A stretch of DNA of 64,000 bases from the human T2T-CHM13v2.0 reference genome, Homo sapiens. The notes below the pieces were generated by a model. It was not told where the DNA came from, did not search any database, and saw nothing but the letters and a program-made list of their open reading frames with translations. The stretch lies in the NCBI RefSeq assembly GCF_009914755.1, contig NC_060929.1; one strand, given 5' to 3'. Numbering within the stretch: the first letter of the stretch is position 1; every line of letters begins with the position of its first letter. This document shows, one piece after another, positions 43,095 to 60,685 of this stretch. Both the position numbers and the translations under genes were made by a program.

Positions 43095-43710
43095 ACTCTG
43101 TTGGCTGCCCACTGCATAGCCACTCCCACTTTTTCCTTAGGAATAGAAACTCTGATTTTTATTCAGGCATGGGATAGCAACATGCTCAGTGAAGGAAGTC
43201 CCAGAACAAAAATTATAAATCATCTTCAGTCTTTTTTGGTCAGTAATTGGCTTAGAGTTGAGCATGTAACTCAGTTCTGGCTAATGAGACCTGAGAGAAA
43301 GTCCACTGGAGGCCCCTGGGAAATATCTACTCTCCTAGAAAAAGAAAGATGTGCAAAGGGAATTTCCCCTCCCGACCTTCCTCAACACACACACGCACAC
43401 ACGCACACATGCACACACGCACACACACATGCACACATGCACATGCACACACATGCACACATGCACACACACGCACACATGCACATGCACACACATGTTC
43501 TTCCTCCCTTTGGATAGTGACAGATGGGAATGTGATAGTTGGGGCTGTGAGCAACCATCATGCCAACACGAGGGAGGGGTCTGTGTCCTAACAGTGTCGA
43601 GTTTCTAGAATAGTCTGCTCTCTAGACTCCTTGCTATGTGGGATGATTAAACCCTATTTTAAAAAACATTTTTAGTGTCTTTTTGATTTTTAATTATGGC
43701 ATCTAACACT
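43095..43710 (+). mobile_element. MLT1 (I/J-like) LTR containing a CA-rich repeat
   Basis: catgtaactcagttctggctaatgagac and gactccttgctatgtgggatgattaaaccc. Confidence 0.55.
43386..43497 (+). repeat. (CA)/(CACATG) simple repeat
   Basis: Directly visible. Confidence 0.95.
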
Positions 43711-43899
43711 GCTCTCTTGGGTGAGTCACTCAACCTTTCTGGGCTTTGTTTCTTTGAAATAGTGAGCTGGCTGGTTGTCATGGTCCTATCCAGGTTTAAA
43801 GCCCTGTGATTCCAACGGATGCCTAGTTGCCCTCTATAGGGTCTTTCTCATTTTTTCTAAGAAAAAATCCTTTTAAATCCTGAAATACAGAGAATGATA

Positions 43900-44100
43900 A
43901 CATCCACGGTATACATTTCACATACATTATCTCTTGTAATCTTTATAACATCTCTGAGAACTAGGTAGACCCATTTTTCAGATAAGAAAATTGAGGCCCA
44001 AAGAGGTTAATGATACATCCAAGGTCCCTCAGGTAAGTTGGCTGAGTTGAGATTTAAACAAACTCAGCATCTCCAGGTCCAGTGCCATTCCTTCTTTTCC
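43900..44100 (-). mobile_element. MIR
   Basis: cccatttttcagataagaaaattgaggcccaaagaggttaa. Confidence 0.75.
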
Positions 44101-45559
44101 TGTGCCTCACAGCCGCAGGCACCATTGTCTCTGGTTGGTTTATATAGCAGCAGAGAAACCTCCAACGTGATTAATTTCCCCCTGCCATCCACGTGATCAC
44201 CGATCACTCTGAGAACAACTCTATGGACAGCCGGAGAGTCCAAAAGGAATTTTTACCACCCACCATTGGATTCTTTTTTTCATAAATGAATTTACAGGGT
44301 CAGACTCTGATGTTTATATGAAAGGAGATAAAGCACACCTGTCCTTCTGGGAATCTACTTTAAGGAAAGGAGAATACATGACTTATTTTGGATAAGATAT
44401 TTATAACCTACTAATCTATAAACTAAATGATGAATTACTGAAAGCTGGAGGTCTGCAGCCCCTGGCAGAATGTAGTTTGCACCCTGATCCTGCATTCTCA
44501 GGGCTGTGGAAGAGTAGAGAGATGCTTATGACACTTGGGGATGGGCTGTGTGCTCATCATGACCTGTTTCTGATGAGTAACTGCTGCAGAGACTGGAGGA
44601 CATGGACCTGCTGGCTCCATCTCCAAAGCATATAGCCTGTACAGCTAGAAGGAAGGTTGGCATTATCTAGGCCCCCCCCAGTTCATTTTGCACATCAGGA
44701 AATCGCTCTTATACTCTTATCCTGAGCATCTAGAACAGAATCGGGCCCATAACAGGCACCCAGTAAGTATTTTCTACATCCTGTTGTTGAGTAATAAAGT
44801 TGGGCTCTAAAGAGGTGAAGTGACTTCAGAGCAAAATAACTAATAAATGACAGAGCCCAGACTTTTGGTCTCCTCTGTCTCATCTGAAAGATTTAACTCC
44901 AGTAAAACTGGAAATATGGACTTTGTTGGGAGGTCAAAAATATACACATGGGAAAATCATTTTTTTTTCATTATGTCTCAAAATGTCTGGGATCCAATAT
45001 AAATACGTCGTTTATTTAAAGAGAGGCCAACTATGTCTTCCTGATGGGTAGTGATGTGGGTAGGATGACTGGAATAGCTCTGGGAGTATTTAGTTGTGGA
45101 CATAGGTCTGTCCCTTAGGGCCACTTGGAGGGCCCAAGGGAGTGCCTGGTCAACTTGTGCAATCCCTTTGCTGTGGCTGGCATGACCACAGCCACCCTTA
45201 GAAAAACACCCTTAGAGCCGCAAGGGTAGATTTCTTACCTGCACCTCAATCTGTAGACACATGCTGATGGCTTAAATACAATCCAGTGAGCCACCTTGAA
45301 GGGTAAGAAAGGTGCATACTGGAAACAGATTCTGAAGAGGTCATGTCAAAGGAGAAGAGAAAGGTTCAGCTGCTTTGACTTGGTAATGGAGAGAAGGAAA
45401 AGAGAAAGGACTCTCCTTGAAGGTAGAGACTGAATAACATTCATTGTATGGGGCACATAGCAGGCAAATGTTTGCTGAATAAATGAAAATTGCAGTTTTA
45501 TATGAGTATGCATATATCACGTGCATGCATGCATGCGTGCACGCACATGTGTGTGTATC

Positions 45560-46170
45560 ATCAATTGAGGGAGCAAACCCTACCTTCCTGGTCTCTGCTA
45601 GCTCATCATTCTTCCCATCTTTCTGGTTCTGACAGTAACTCAGGGTCTACCAAACATGGAGCCTGACATAATCAGTCCAATTGGTCCCACCCTATGTCTC
45701 TGACTGGCAGAGAAGGTGAGATCCACATATGTCACAAGATGTTTTCTGAGGGCTACTGGTGAAGAAGTTTCCTATCTCTTCTATGGATGCCACTTGAAGA
45801 TATTCTCTTTCTGGTGGACAAAGCCATTGCCTTGCACAAATCCAGGTGGTGCCATTTGCTTTATGTTTAATTCAATTCAATGAATTGCATACCCTAGAGT
45901 TATGCAATATGGTGGCCCTACCAGTGGACATGGGTGAGGAAGCATGCATTTTTCAGAAGCTTCTGGCAGCTATCCTCTGGCCATAAGGGAAGCCAGCCTA
46001 GGGTTCAACACAACATGTGGATAATAGGAAATACAGGATAGAGCTGGGCATTTGGTGACGTTGTTGAACCACGGGAACCAACCTTGCTGAACCTTTCTAC
46101 TTCATTGCTTAAATCTGTTTGAATCAGGTTTTATATTACTTGCAACCAAAAAGTTATGAAAAGACACACA
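45560..46170 (+). mobile_element. MLT1K-like LTR
   Basis: Ends gcttaaatctgtttgaatcaggttttatattacttgcaaccaaaaag. Confidence 0.5.
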
Positions 46171-46349
46171 CAGAGCAATGGATATCTTAGACTCGTAGCA
46201 CTAGTCTCATCGGTATAGACACCCAGGTCAGACCACTTGGATCTCAGAGAGGCTATTTTGTTCTGAGTGTCCAATTTCACACCCTATTTATAGTCACCAG
46301 ATAATTACTGAGTGTCTGTTTCAGCTTGGAATAGACATAAGAGTGTTCA

Positions 46350-46910
46350 TAGACATTCAATAATTCTCTTCAACAAACTTTTGCAAAACTTCCTTTATTT
46401 CAGGCATTTTGCTAAGCACAAGGTCATAAAGTATAAATGGGAAAACTTAAATGCATTTAAAATGTGGACAAGACAAGAACCCGTCCTTTAGGAACTCACA
46501 GTTTCCTGGACCATCTGGGGTTGTTGGGGAGGTAGGAGAAAGAGGAGGCCACAAATGCCTGCTGTAATACAAAGCACAATTGTCAAATGTAAAAAGTAAG
46601 GGCAAATATGTCACCTAGGAGGGAGAAACTAGTTCCAAGTTTGGGCATCAGTAAAGTGGTCAAGAATAAGTGTGCCTCTGATTTGGACTTGAAGAATTCA
46701 CAGAATTTCCATAGCTAGAAATGAGGATAAGGGCATCCCAGGTAACAAAATGTAAGCAAAGGCCAGGAGGCAGGAAATTACAGCTGAATAATCTAGCCGG
46801 GCAAATGCTGGTGTGTGGGAGTAGGGTAGTAAAGGATTAGGCTGGAAGGCAGGAAGGAGTCAGAGTGTGGCAGGCCCGGATGAGCTTTTTAAGGAGCTGG
46901 ACTCTATTTA
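46350..46910 (-). mobile_element. L2 3' fragment
   Basis: cattcaataattctcttcaacaaac...caggcattttgctaagcac...ggaactcacagtt. Confidence 0.6.
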
Positions 46911-46934
46911 ATAACCGAATATTATTGATACGAA

Positions 46935-47180
46935 TAATAATAGCAAATAGACATGGTGCTTCGTTTGTACCAGGAATTGGTCTGAGGAGTTTCTTAACTA
47001 ATTCAGTGTTTCTAACAACTTAATGGAGTAAGCACCATAATTTTTCTTCTTATGCTACAGATGAGGAAATTGAAGCACAGAGAGGCAAGTTTACTTGTCC
47101 AAGATCATTCTGCTAGAAAGTGCTGGAGGTGGGAATCAAACCCAGGCTGGCTGATTCTAAGGTCTGAGTACTCCAAGGTG
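46935..47180 (-). mobile_element. MIR
   Basis: tacagatgaggaaattgaagcacagagag...ggaatcaaacccaggc. Confidence 0.75.
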
Positions 47181-47211
47181 CCCAAAATAGGAGTGGTGTG
47201 AATACTGATGA

Positions 47212-47728
<517 letters not shown>

Positions 47729-48248
47729 CCAAATGGGTTTTGATGTGTTTGATGTGTTTCTCCAAGGTCACACCCAGACTCTTCCCACATTTCTCTCTGA
47801 AGCCTGACTTTTGAAAGCTAATACACTGATGAGTCCTCTTTCGTGGAATTTGATGGTAAGGATAAAGGAAATGAATTAGAAATGTCTAACTTGGATGTGG
47901 TGTGATTATAGTGACATTAATGACATGACATGGCATAGGAAGAGGCCAGGAAGAGAGGACCAGTGGGACAGTCTAGGGTATGTAGAGCTGAGAGATCTAG
48001 AGAACACACTTGTAGATGGCCAGCGGGCTTCTGGAAACACAGCCTGGAGTTGGGGAGCTAGACATGATTTTAGTTTTGGAGGAAGAGAAACTAGTTAAAG
48101 TCACATGAGGGCTGGTTCACATGTCTGAAATGACTGAATCTTTTGCACAGATAGGGAAGTCATTTTCATCAGTTTAAATCATCGAGTTAAAGCTTACCAA
48201 ACTCAGTAGGCTGTAATCACAGAGATTCAATCTACAGGAACCCTAGAC

Positions 48249-48400
48249 CAGTGGTTTGGACTCTAGCTGTATGTTAAAATCCCCAGGGGAGCTTTAAAAA
48301 TGCTGATTCCAGGCTTCCCCTCTCCCTACCCATGAATTAAATTAGAATCACCTGGGCATGGGTACAATTTTAAAGCTCCTCGTGTCCCAACAGGCAATCT
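48249..48400. mobile_element. MER5-type hAT MITE
   Basis: cagtggttt...aaaatccccaggggagctttaaaaatgctgat. Confidence 0.55.
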
Positions 48401-49084
48401 GACAGGCAAGCAGCACCTGGAAAATGTATCACTAGGTCATAACCTTTGTGTTAGAGAAAGAGAAAAGGAAATGGAAGAGGCATGCCAAAACCCCATCTAG
48501 AGATGCTGTGGTCTTGTGCCCATTACCTTGCCCAGGGCAAAAGAAAGAGCCAGATGTTTGGCTAAGCAGGGCAAGGCAGATTACTGGAGCTGTGTGATGT
48601 CTGAGATGGACAACAGCAAGGCTTAATGCTCAGACCCTAAACGTTGAATGGAGCCTAGTTCAATCCTTTCTTCTAAAGCCAGGAGTGGCCCCAGGACAGA
48701 GGTGGGACTGAGCCACTGGCAAGTGAGGCAGCTGTGAGAGGAGATGAGATCAAGGTGCCAGGAAACTGCTGGAACATTAGTGCTTTTTAATGAGCACATG
48801 CTGAACTTAGCTCTTCTTTGACTCTAGGAAAGTAAAGTAAACATTACAGCAAAAACAATGAATAGACAGATAAGGAGATAAAAGCGACTTTAATGTGAAG
48901 CCAGGTGGAGGCCACTACCCCAAACTATCTGATTGAACTGCATTTCATTCACTAACGGTGAACACAAGTAAAACCAGAGTCTACCTTATTCTAATTACTT
49001 AAAATAACATACGTTTTTTGCCTATAAAAGTAATGTGATGAAAATTTTGACATTGAAAAAAGGATTTAAAGAAAATAAAAATAC

Positions 49085-49361
<277 letters not shown>

Positions 49362-50168
49362 TCATTTTTAAGTGCACACATATATAATGTGTAGTTGACA
49401 TTAGGCTATATTTATAATTTTATAGAATTTTATTTTTCATTTGACATTGTAGCATAAGCATTTCTCTATGTCATTAAAATGTCTTTGGAAACACAATTTT
49501 AAATGGCTTCATAATTTTTAACTTGTTTGACTGAAACATAAGATACTCAATGATTTCCCAATCCTTGAGAACTTAGAGTTTTTGCCTTTTTATATTAGAA
49601 GTGATCCTGGTATTCTTTGTGTCCAAATTTCAGATTAATTCCATAGGCCAGATTCCTAAGGTGGAAACACTGAGTCAAGGAATATGAACATTTCAAAGGT
49701 GCGCAACTCTGGCTGGTTATGCAAAAATGGAGATGACTGGAAGGAGCTAGGAGTAGCTCTTTGAGTAGGAGACAAGGTAGATAATCGCACATCAGGAAGG
49801 GGTGGCCCAAGAAGTTCTCCAGGCATTTAGTTTCCCTGTCTCCCCACTGCTGAGAGTTTGCTTGGCTGAAGTCAGATCTTGGCTCAATCAACACTTAACA
49901 GTCTCTCATACACACAAGGCCATTGGGAGGCATTGTGAGCACAGCATCTACCTCTAATTGGGTCTACTATATAAAAGTTCCTTAAGATGGAATTCCTGGG
50001 TTAAAAAAGGATGGATCTTTTAACTCTTCTTAATAGAAATGTCATATTTCTTGCCAAAAATATACCAATTTAGACTCCCACAAAGTCTGTGTATCACAAT
50101 CCTATAGCTGGCATGTTTATATATACATATTATATATATACACGCACACACACAGACAGACACATATA

Positions 50169-50496
50169 TAGTCATGCATTGCTTAATGATGGGGATATGT
50201 GCTGAGAAATGCATCATTAGGTGGTTTCATTATGCCAAAATCACAGAATCTACTTACACAAACCTAGAGAGTATAACCTACAGTATAACTGGCTATACGG
50301 TATGCCCTATTGCTCCCAGGCTACAAATCTGTACAGCATGTTACTGTATTGAATACTGTAGGCAGTTGTAACACAATGGTAAGTATTTGGGTATCTAAAC
50401 ATATAAAAGGTAAAGTAAAAATACAGTATACTCTTATGGGACCACTGTCGTATATGCAGTCTGTTTTTGACCAAAATGTTAAGTGGTGCATTGCTG
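50169..50496 (+). mobile_element. Tigger3a/MER7-type MITE, complete
   Basis: ta|tagtcatgca...tgcattgctg|ta terminal repeats with TA target site. Confidence 0.85.
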
Positions 50497-51829
50497 TATG
50501 TGTGAATATATGTATATGTATATTTAATTCCTTCAAAATTTGATAGGTGAAAATCTTCATCATATTTTTTCATTTTAATTTACTTTCTTTTTTAAATTAC
50601 AAGGATGTCTGAACATAATAGTGAACAAAGATTTGTATTTGCCCTTCTGTAAATGGAATCTTGGTTTCTATCACTCATGTATAGATAAGGTTCCTGGCTA
50701 TGAGAATTATTCAAAAGTATCCTCTCTACTCTCTCACATTAAAACTCCTCACTAGGTTCTGCAATAGCCTTGTAGTACAGTGAAAGCATTTGTTTCCTCA
50801 AATAATGCAAATGGTTTCAGTTTATACTTCATGTGTCTCATCTGTGTGCCAAAGATTTGGATCTTATTCCAAAAGAATGTTTTAAAAAACGCAAAAGCTT
50901 CATATAAAAGCCTTAAAATTTCCCATTATTAAACAGGATTTAAAGCCTTTTGATTTGTAAAGTATTAAAATAATCCCTTTGCCTTGTGTGGGAGTTGGGG
51001 ACACTGTCTTTCACTAGCTGCTGGTTGATTGGGACTTGGAGAAGAAAAATACTTTCCTCATGTCGGCAGAGAAATAAACCTATCCAAGACTAGCTATCAG
51101 AGTGCATGGCCTGAGCTGTTAACGGGCAGGTCAAGAAAGATATCAGAATTATGGGGTTTTTCATTATCATTAAATAACTCTTGATGTGCCAAGTCAGGAG
51201 GTCCTTGGTTTTATGTCTCTAATGAAAAATCATTTGAGGCTAAGCTTTCTTGGCTCCTTAGAACTTGAGAGATCATCACCTTAATCAGGAGAAAAAAATC
51301 TGTTAAAAAAAAAGAACATCACCATGAATCATGAGTGATTATTTCATTGTGACTGTGTAAGCAAAAGAAGGCATTAAGGATCCAATGAAAACAAGACTAA
51401 GATATCCTCCTTTTAGACGCTCATTCCACTTTCTCCTCCACCCTTACCATTCTGTGAGTTTACATGACCAGATGTTTCTCATTCATAGTGCTTATCACAA
51501 ATGTCCTTTTTGCACAGGTTTGATAAGTCCAGAAAAGGACTCGTTTGTTGAGTCTGAGGCCTGGAAACATTTTCAGTGATTTAGTCAGTTCTTAGAATCG
51601 TGATGAGCTTGTAAAATAGCTGACCCTCTCAGGGGCATCATAGAGATAGGCGCTGTTTGAATTCATGTCTGTCCCATCCCAAGGTTGGATCTTCCAGCTT
51701 TATAGGCTGGAGGAGGAAACAGGGTCAGAGGGAGAAAAGAGAGCTTCATGTGGGATTTACCTTCACTAGCCTGGCCCACCTGGGTTGCCCTGGAAGGTCT
51801 AGAGTGGGGTGAAGGCAACAAAGTAGACA

Positions 51830-52290
51830 TTTGCAATTAATTCAAATACTTATTTTTCTCACATCACAAAAAGCTTAAAAAGAAAAGGCTCCAAGTTAAG
51901 TTTAATGGCTCAAGGATGTTGTCAAGGATGCATATTCCTTCTGTCTTTGTTCTCTGCCGTCCTCTGTTTGTGAGCTACTTTTCCCTCACGGCCATAAGAT
52001 GGCTGCACGGCTCCAAAATCATGTTCTTCACTTGACAGCTTCCCAAAAAGGAAGGCAGAGAAGTGGGCAAAATACTTTCCTTCTATGATTGGCTACTTTT
52101 TAACAAGAAAAAACCCCAAATCTTTCCCAGAAATCCCCAGTCGACTTTTATATCTCACAGGGTCACCTGACTTACAACTGGGTGACTTGACTGCCACTGG
52201 CCTCACAGGTGGCCTGTCATAATCACATTCATCCCCCAGGGCCAACCATATTGCTATCTGGACAAAACTGGGACTCAGCTAGCAAAGACA
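51830..52290 (-). mobile_element. MLT1 (J/K-like) LTR
   Basis: tatttttctcacatcacaaaaag and gccataagatggctgcacggctcc. Confidence 0.5.
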
Positions 52291-52459
52291 GTGAGGAGGG
52301 TGGTCCTCGTGTAGTTATAATAACACCTTCCACTAGTAAATCACTTTGCAAAGTAAACTCAGTATGTGGCATGACATCATGTTGCACAATTAAAAATGAG
52401 ACAAAAAACATGTATCTAGTGGGTGGTGCTGAGATTAGGAAACGAGAAGATCTTCTGCA

Positions 52460-52900
52460 TCAACTCGAAGCAAATACACAGATTTTTACTAACTACCTGT
52501 TATGTGTCTGGCATAGTGCTAGGCTAGTGTCACACTGAAAAGCCCTAGGAGTGTGTGATGTGAACCTTATTGCAAGGAAACCGCAGTCTGTAGGCAGGGG
52601 TTAGACAATCCCCATATCAATGAAAGAACAAAAGGAATCAGATCATTAGTAAGGCCCAAAATGTGAGGCGGAAAAAATAATGACTAGAGGAGATCAGGCT
52701 GGGGAGACATTATTGCAAATTGGAGACTGGTATGGGCTCTGAAGAAGAGGTGGGTTTCTGGTCGAGTGGGATTTAGATGAGCAGACAGGAGTAGAGAGGA
52801 CATTCCAGGTAGGAGAACATTCCAGATCTGGGGGCAGGCCATGTGCAGAGGCTGAAACAAGATCAAACTTTGTTTGGGGGTGGGAGAGGCTGTCAGTGAG
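52460..52900 (-). mobile_element. L2 fragment
   Basis: tactaactacctgttatgtgtctggcatagtgctagg and acattccaggtaggagaac. Confidence 0.5.
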
Positions 52901-53685
52901 GAAAACTGAGTGTGGTACAGATTTGGATAGCTGCTGCTAGAGTTTGTGGAATGTTAATGGTCAAAAGTGTATCTCTGAGAGCAAAATGGCGTCTAAGGGA
53001 GTTTTACCATGTGAACTTTCCTGGAAGAACATTTTTGCTGTTTTTGGTTGCACGGTCTTGCCTGTAATGCCTACAGATAGGCATCCTTCAGGTCATTAGT
53101 GGAAAACAGTACTAATGGGGGATGGGGCTGGACTGCCTCCTTTGGGAGACAAATGACCATTTGTCCATTGAATATGTAACTTGCACAAAATCAGACATTC
53201 CCTGCAGCTCTGCCTTTACACAGTGTTGCATTCAGAGAAACAGCAATCTTGCTGCAGCCTTCCTTGGAGAGTTACATCGATCTTTATAATAGATTTTCTT
53301 AATGCATGCCTGATAACCTTTTAGACATCTTGCCCTTATCCCAAAGCTCCCCCTCACAGTAGCTGCTGAATGAAACCTCTCCCTGTCTACCCTCAAAACA
53401 ATATGTTTCTATCCTGCTGACCCCCAGCCCCTTGCTCTTACACATCGTAACTCCCAGAAGCCTGTACCCTCTGTGTGCAAAGATCCTCAAGAAGAAACTG
53501 GACTCAAAAAATCTACCCAGGAAAGAAGAGTTGGGGAGCCAAGATAATGGGGCTGGCTGCAGTGGGTGAGGGTGGGATGGTCACTATGAAACTCATATAG
53601 AAATCATACTGATCCCTGTTCACGTCTGGCCCAGCAATCTACAGGCTTAAAAATTACATATATATCTGCTTAAAAATTACATACA

Positions 53686-54116
53686 TATAGATATATATGT
53701 AAAATATACATAAATCTCTATATAGATATATATGTAAAATATACATAAATATCTCTATATAGATATATATGTAAAATATACATAAATATCTCTATATAGA
53801 TATATATGTAAAATATACATAAATATCTCTATATAGATATATATGTAAAATATACATAAATATCTCTATATAGATATATATGTAAAATATACATAAATAT
53901 CTCTATATAGATATATATGTAAAATATACATAAATATCTCTATATAGATATATGTAAAATATACATAAATATCTCTATATAGATATATATGTAAAATATA
54001 CATAAATATCTCTATATAGATATATATGTAAAATATACATAAATATCTCTATATAGATATATATGTAAAATATACATAAATACCTATATATAGATATATA
54101 TGTAAAATATACATAA
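53686..54116 (+). repeat. AT-rich 37-bp minisatellite, 12 copies
   Basis: Unit tagatatatatgtaaaatatacataaatatctctata; the core gtaaaatatacataa occurs 12 times; two units are 35 bp. Confidence 0.95.
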
Positions 54117-55490
54117 TATAAAATTTTCCATTTTGACCATTTTATGTGTCCAATTCAATGGCATGAATTACATTCACACTGCTGTGCAACCATCACCACT
54201 ATTTCCAAAACATCACCCCAAACAGAAACTCTGTACCCATTAAGCAACAACTCCCAACTTCTCTCTTTCTCCAGCCCTTGGTAACTTCTAATCTACTTTC
54301 TGTCTCTCTGAATTTGCTTATTCTAGATATTTTGTGTAAGTAGAAATGTACATTATTTGTTTTTTTATGGATGGCTTCTTTCACTTAGCCTAATGATATC
54401 AAGGTTCCTCCATGTTGCAGCATGTATCAGGATTTTGTTTCTTTTTAGGACTGAATAATATTCCATTGCATGTATATACCACACTTTGTTTATCCATTCA
54501 TCTGTTGATGGACAATTAGTTGGCGTCTACCTTTTGGTTATTGTAAATAATGCTCCATGAACATTGGCATATATCTGTCTGAACTCTTCTTTTCAATTAT
54601 TTTAGGTCTATACTTAGGAGTGGAATTACTAGTAATTCTACATTTAACTTTTTGAGGAACTACCAGACTGTTTTCCACGTGACTGCACAATTTTACCTTC
54701 CTACTAGCAATGTACAAAGGTTTCCATTTCTCCACATCCTCACCAATACTTGTTATTTTCTGTTTTTGTCTTTTTCTGTTATAGCCATCCTAGTGGGTGT
54801 GAAGTGGCATCTCACTGTGGTTTTGACTTGCACTTTCCTAATGACTAATGATATTACATCTTTTTCATGTGCTTATTGCCATTTGCATATCTTCTTTAGA
54901 AAATGTTTAAGTCCTTTGTCCATTTTTTAATTGGGCTGTTTATCTTTTTGTTATCGAATTGCAGTTTTAATGTATTCTGGATATTAATCCCTTATCAGAG
55001 ATATGATTTGCAAGTGTTTTTTTCTTTTCTATGGGTTTTTTCACTCTCAATAGTGTCCTTTGATATACAAAAGTTTCAAGTTTTAATGAAGTTCAATTGA
55101 CCTATTTTTGTGGTTGTTGTCTATGCTTTAGGTGTTATATTTAAGAAGCCATCACCGAATCCAAAGTCATGAAGATATTCCCCTATGTTTCCTCTAAGAG
55201 TTTAACAGTTTCAGCTCTTAAATTCAGATCTTTGATCTATTTTGAGTTAACTTTTGCCTATGGTATGATGTAAGGTTTCAACTTCATTCTATTGCACAGA
55301 GATCATTTTCCCAGCATCAGTTGATAAAAAGACTATCCTTTTGCCTTAAATAGTATTGACACCCTAGTTGAAAATTAATTGACCATAGATGTGAGGGTTT
55401 ATTTCTGGGCTGCCAGTTCTATTCCATTGGTCTGTATGTCTGTTCTTACACTGGTGCCATACTGTTTTGATTACTGTAGCTGTGTAGTTT
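54102..55490 (-). mobile_element. L1MB-like 3' portion
   Basis: gtaaaatatacataatataaaattttccattttgacc 3' end, then reverse-complement 3'UTR and ORF2 end. Confidence 0.85.
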
Positions 55491-56072
55491 TAAAATTGAG
55501 AATCTACAGATTTTTAGATGCAAAGAAGACCTTCTCCATTTTGAAAAGTCATACCTTCTCTACTCCTTAGAAATTGTTCCTGCATCAAGTATAGACAGCT
55601 TGTGGATTTCCCTCCCTTTTCCAACATTCTACATTCCAGCATTTCCAATATGACTCTAGTTTAGGTCATAGTTTAGCAGAGAAAGCCCTTCATTTTTAAG
55701 TTGGAAGGGGCAGAACCAATGAAAGCCTGAAATAAATACTCTGAACTCTTTCCATAGGAGCTAGGTTTTTTGTTTGTTTGTTTGTTTGTTTTCCCAGGCA
55801 GGGTCAAGGAATGGGGGATTCATACCAATCCTAAACAAGGGAGCAAATATTCATTGCAAGACATGAGTATCTATCATGTTCTAATCAGAAACATAAAAAC
55901 CACATCTAATATTATCACAGAGAGAACTGAATTTAGGAAAAAATTACAAAGGGAAGGAGAAATGAAGAAGAATAAAGAAACAGAAAATATTAACCCAAAG
56001 ATGAGAAAGAGCTGGAAATCTACTGCCACCCCCTAAGCCATATGGGGAAAAGAAAGAAGCAGTGTTCCCAAG

Positions 56073-58633
<2,561 letters not shown>

Positions 58634-59869
58634 CCAAGTCCTAAGGATGAGGATCATTCAATGAAAGCTGGGGACCATAAGGCAGGAGCTAAAGCCCCAG
58701 GGAAGATACAGCCTCTGCAAGTATGCCACCCAGATAGAGCAGGAAGGGAAGAAATGCCCTGGCTTCTCCCCTACCTTACCTCTGGGTGAACCCATTCAAA
58801 GTCACTTGCCTGGAAGCCCCAGGAGATGCAGTCTCCTCATTTGTGATGGGAAGCAGAACAGAGAAGGATACAGAATGGATCTAAGGCAATATAGGCCCAG
58901 GAATTACATTCAATGAAAACAGGACCCACTAACACTGGCATGTGGGAATCTGATTTGGGGTGGGCTGTTAAAAATAATAAATTCAGTTATGACAACAGAA
59001 GTGCAATTACTGAGTATGAGATAAGTGAGAGGCAAATATGCAGGCTCTTTACAGGTTACCTAGCTGAAATTCATGACAAGGCTCAGTGAGGTCAATACAA
59101 TTGAATAGTTTTAAAGACAGGGAGAATGAGGCTTAGCAAAGTGGCTTGTCCAAGCTTGTAACCGACGAAGTCAGAACTGGCTTCGAGGCACATCTGTCTC
59201 TCTCTCAAGTCTGTGCTCCTAACCATGAGGTCTGCTGCTTTTTAGCAAAGAAAAGCAAGAGTACAAGTTCTGTGAGACGACAGAAACGAAAGCTGACCCT
59301 GATGTGCAGTTTTTTCACCTGGCTGACTGTGGCCCTGGAGTGCCACAGAAATGTGAGTCCCTTCCAGCCAAAGTGCCATGGAGAAGATGGGAGGAAAGGG
59401 GTAAGGAAAGGGAAGAGGGGAAAAGGGAAATATGAAGAACATTCTGCCCTCTGGGTCAGCTTCCCTCTCCTTGTAGAAGTAATTTTGCCTGCTCTCCAAA
59501 ATGAATGAGTACCCATGTTGAGAACTCCTGCCATTCCTTTAAGACAAGGGCCAAGTGGCTCAGATGGCAGGAGCAAGCAAGAACTGCCCTGGGAGACCCC
59601 CAGGCAGCCGGCAAGCCTGCTACTAGGCTGCAGGGGTGGAAGATTTGGGGGCTTCTGAGGTGCCCCATATGTGGTTCAACCTGTATATTTGGCTTCTCCA
59701 TGCCTCCGTCCCTTTGTAATCAGTTTCCCTATGTAAAATTCTCCCTGTGATAGGCAACTTGGGGAGTTTTTAAGGAACGAGATCAGCTGATCCACCAAAG
59801 TATACCCAGGGTAAAGGGAAATGCTCTCATCTCGTGAGCAATTCAGGGACAGGTCCAGTGGGATCTGCT

Positions 59870-60685
59870 CCCATAACCCTTCCCCCACCTTCACCTTTCC
59901 AACTGCATTTAATACTCTCTTCCTGGTTCACTTTCCTCAGCTATATTGACCTCTTTGCTGTTCCTTGTGTTGCCGAATGCCAGGGATTCAGCTTAGGTCT
60001 GGTCGCCAATCTCTCATATGATGAGTATTGCCAGGGAAGGAAGGCTTCATTTCAGGCGACATCAGCTGGAGAGATGGGAGACAAGCCTCCAACTCACCTT
60101 TCCCAGCTCTGACTAAAGTTAGGAGCTTATATAGTGGGGAAGAAACACAGAAGCTGCAAGGAAGAGTTGCTCAGCAGGTGGCAGGTGGTCAGATGAAAGG
60201 TCTGGTATCTGATGTCTCATTGTAATCATGTGCAGGAAAATAGGAATTAAGGAGGGGGTGAGAAAGAGGAGCTGGTCAACAGGCAGCAGGTGCGTCTTAT
60301 TGCCCAGGTGTGGGGATCTGAAAAGCCTCAGTTCCTGAATAGTATCTGGGAGGCCTGATGGTAGGTTTCCTGAGAAAGGAACTTAGATACGACAGGTGTA
60401 AATTTATCAAGCTTCACTTCTATGGAAGAATTGAGCTGGTTTTACTTGGACACATTAAACATGGTCCAGCCTCAGGCCCTTTGCACTTGCCACTCTGTCT
60501 GCCTGGAACACTCTTCACTCATATATCTGCATCATTCTCTTCCTTATCTCTTTTAGGTGCTCTGCTCAAAAGTCACCCATAGCAATGTGATCTTTCCTAA
60601 TTATTCTATTTGAAATAAGAAACATCCTTCTCCATGATGATGTACCCCTTGCCTGCTTTTTCTCCATAGCATTTATCACCTATAC
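59870..60685 (+). mobile_element. L2 fragment split by an LTR
   Basis: ctttgctgttccttg | gacacattaaacatggtccagcctcaggccctttgcacttgc is continuous across the LTR. Confidence 0.7.
59968..60444 (-). mobile_element. MER31-like ERV1 solo LTR
   Basis: tgttgccgaatgccaggg...gagtattgccagggaagg; 4-bp TSD CTTG (59964-59967 / 60445-60448). Confidence 0.75.

Noticed and set aside
53686-54116. Regularly spaced 35-37 bp repeats superficially like a CRISPR array
   Set aside because: Head-to-tail units with no unique spacers, no cas genes and a eukaryotic context: a minisatellite.
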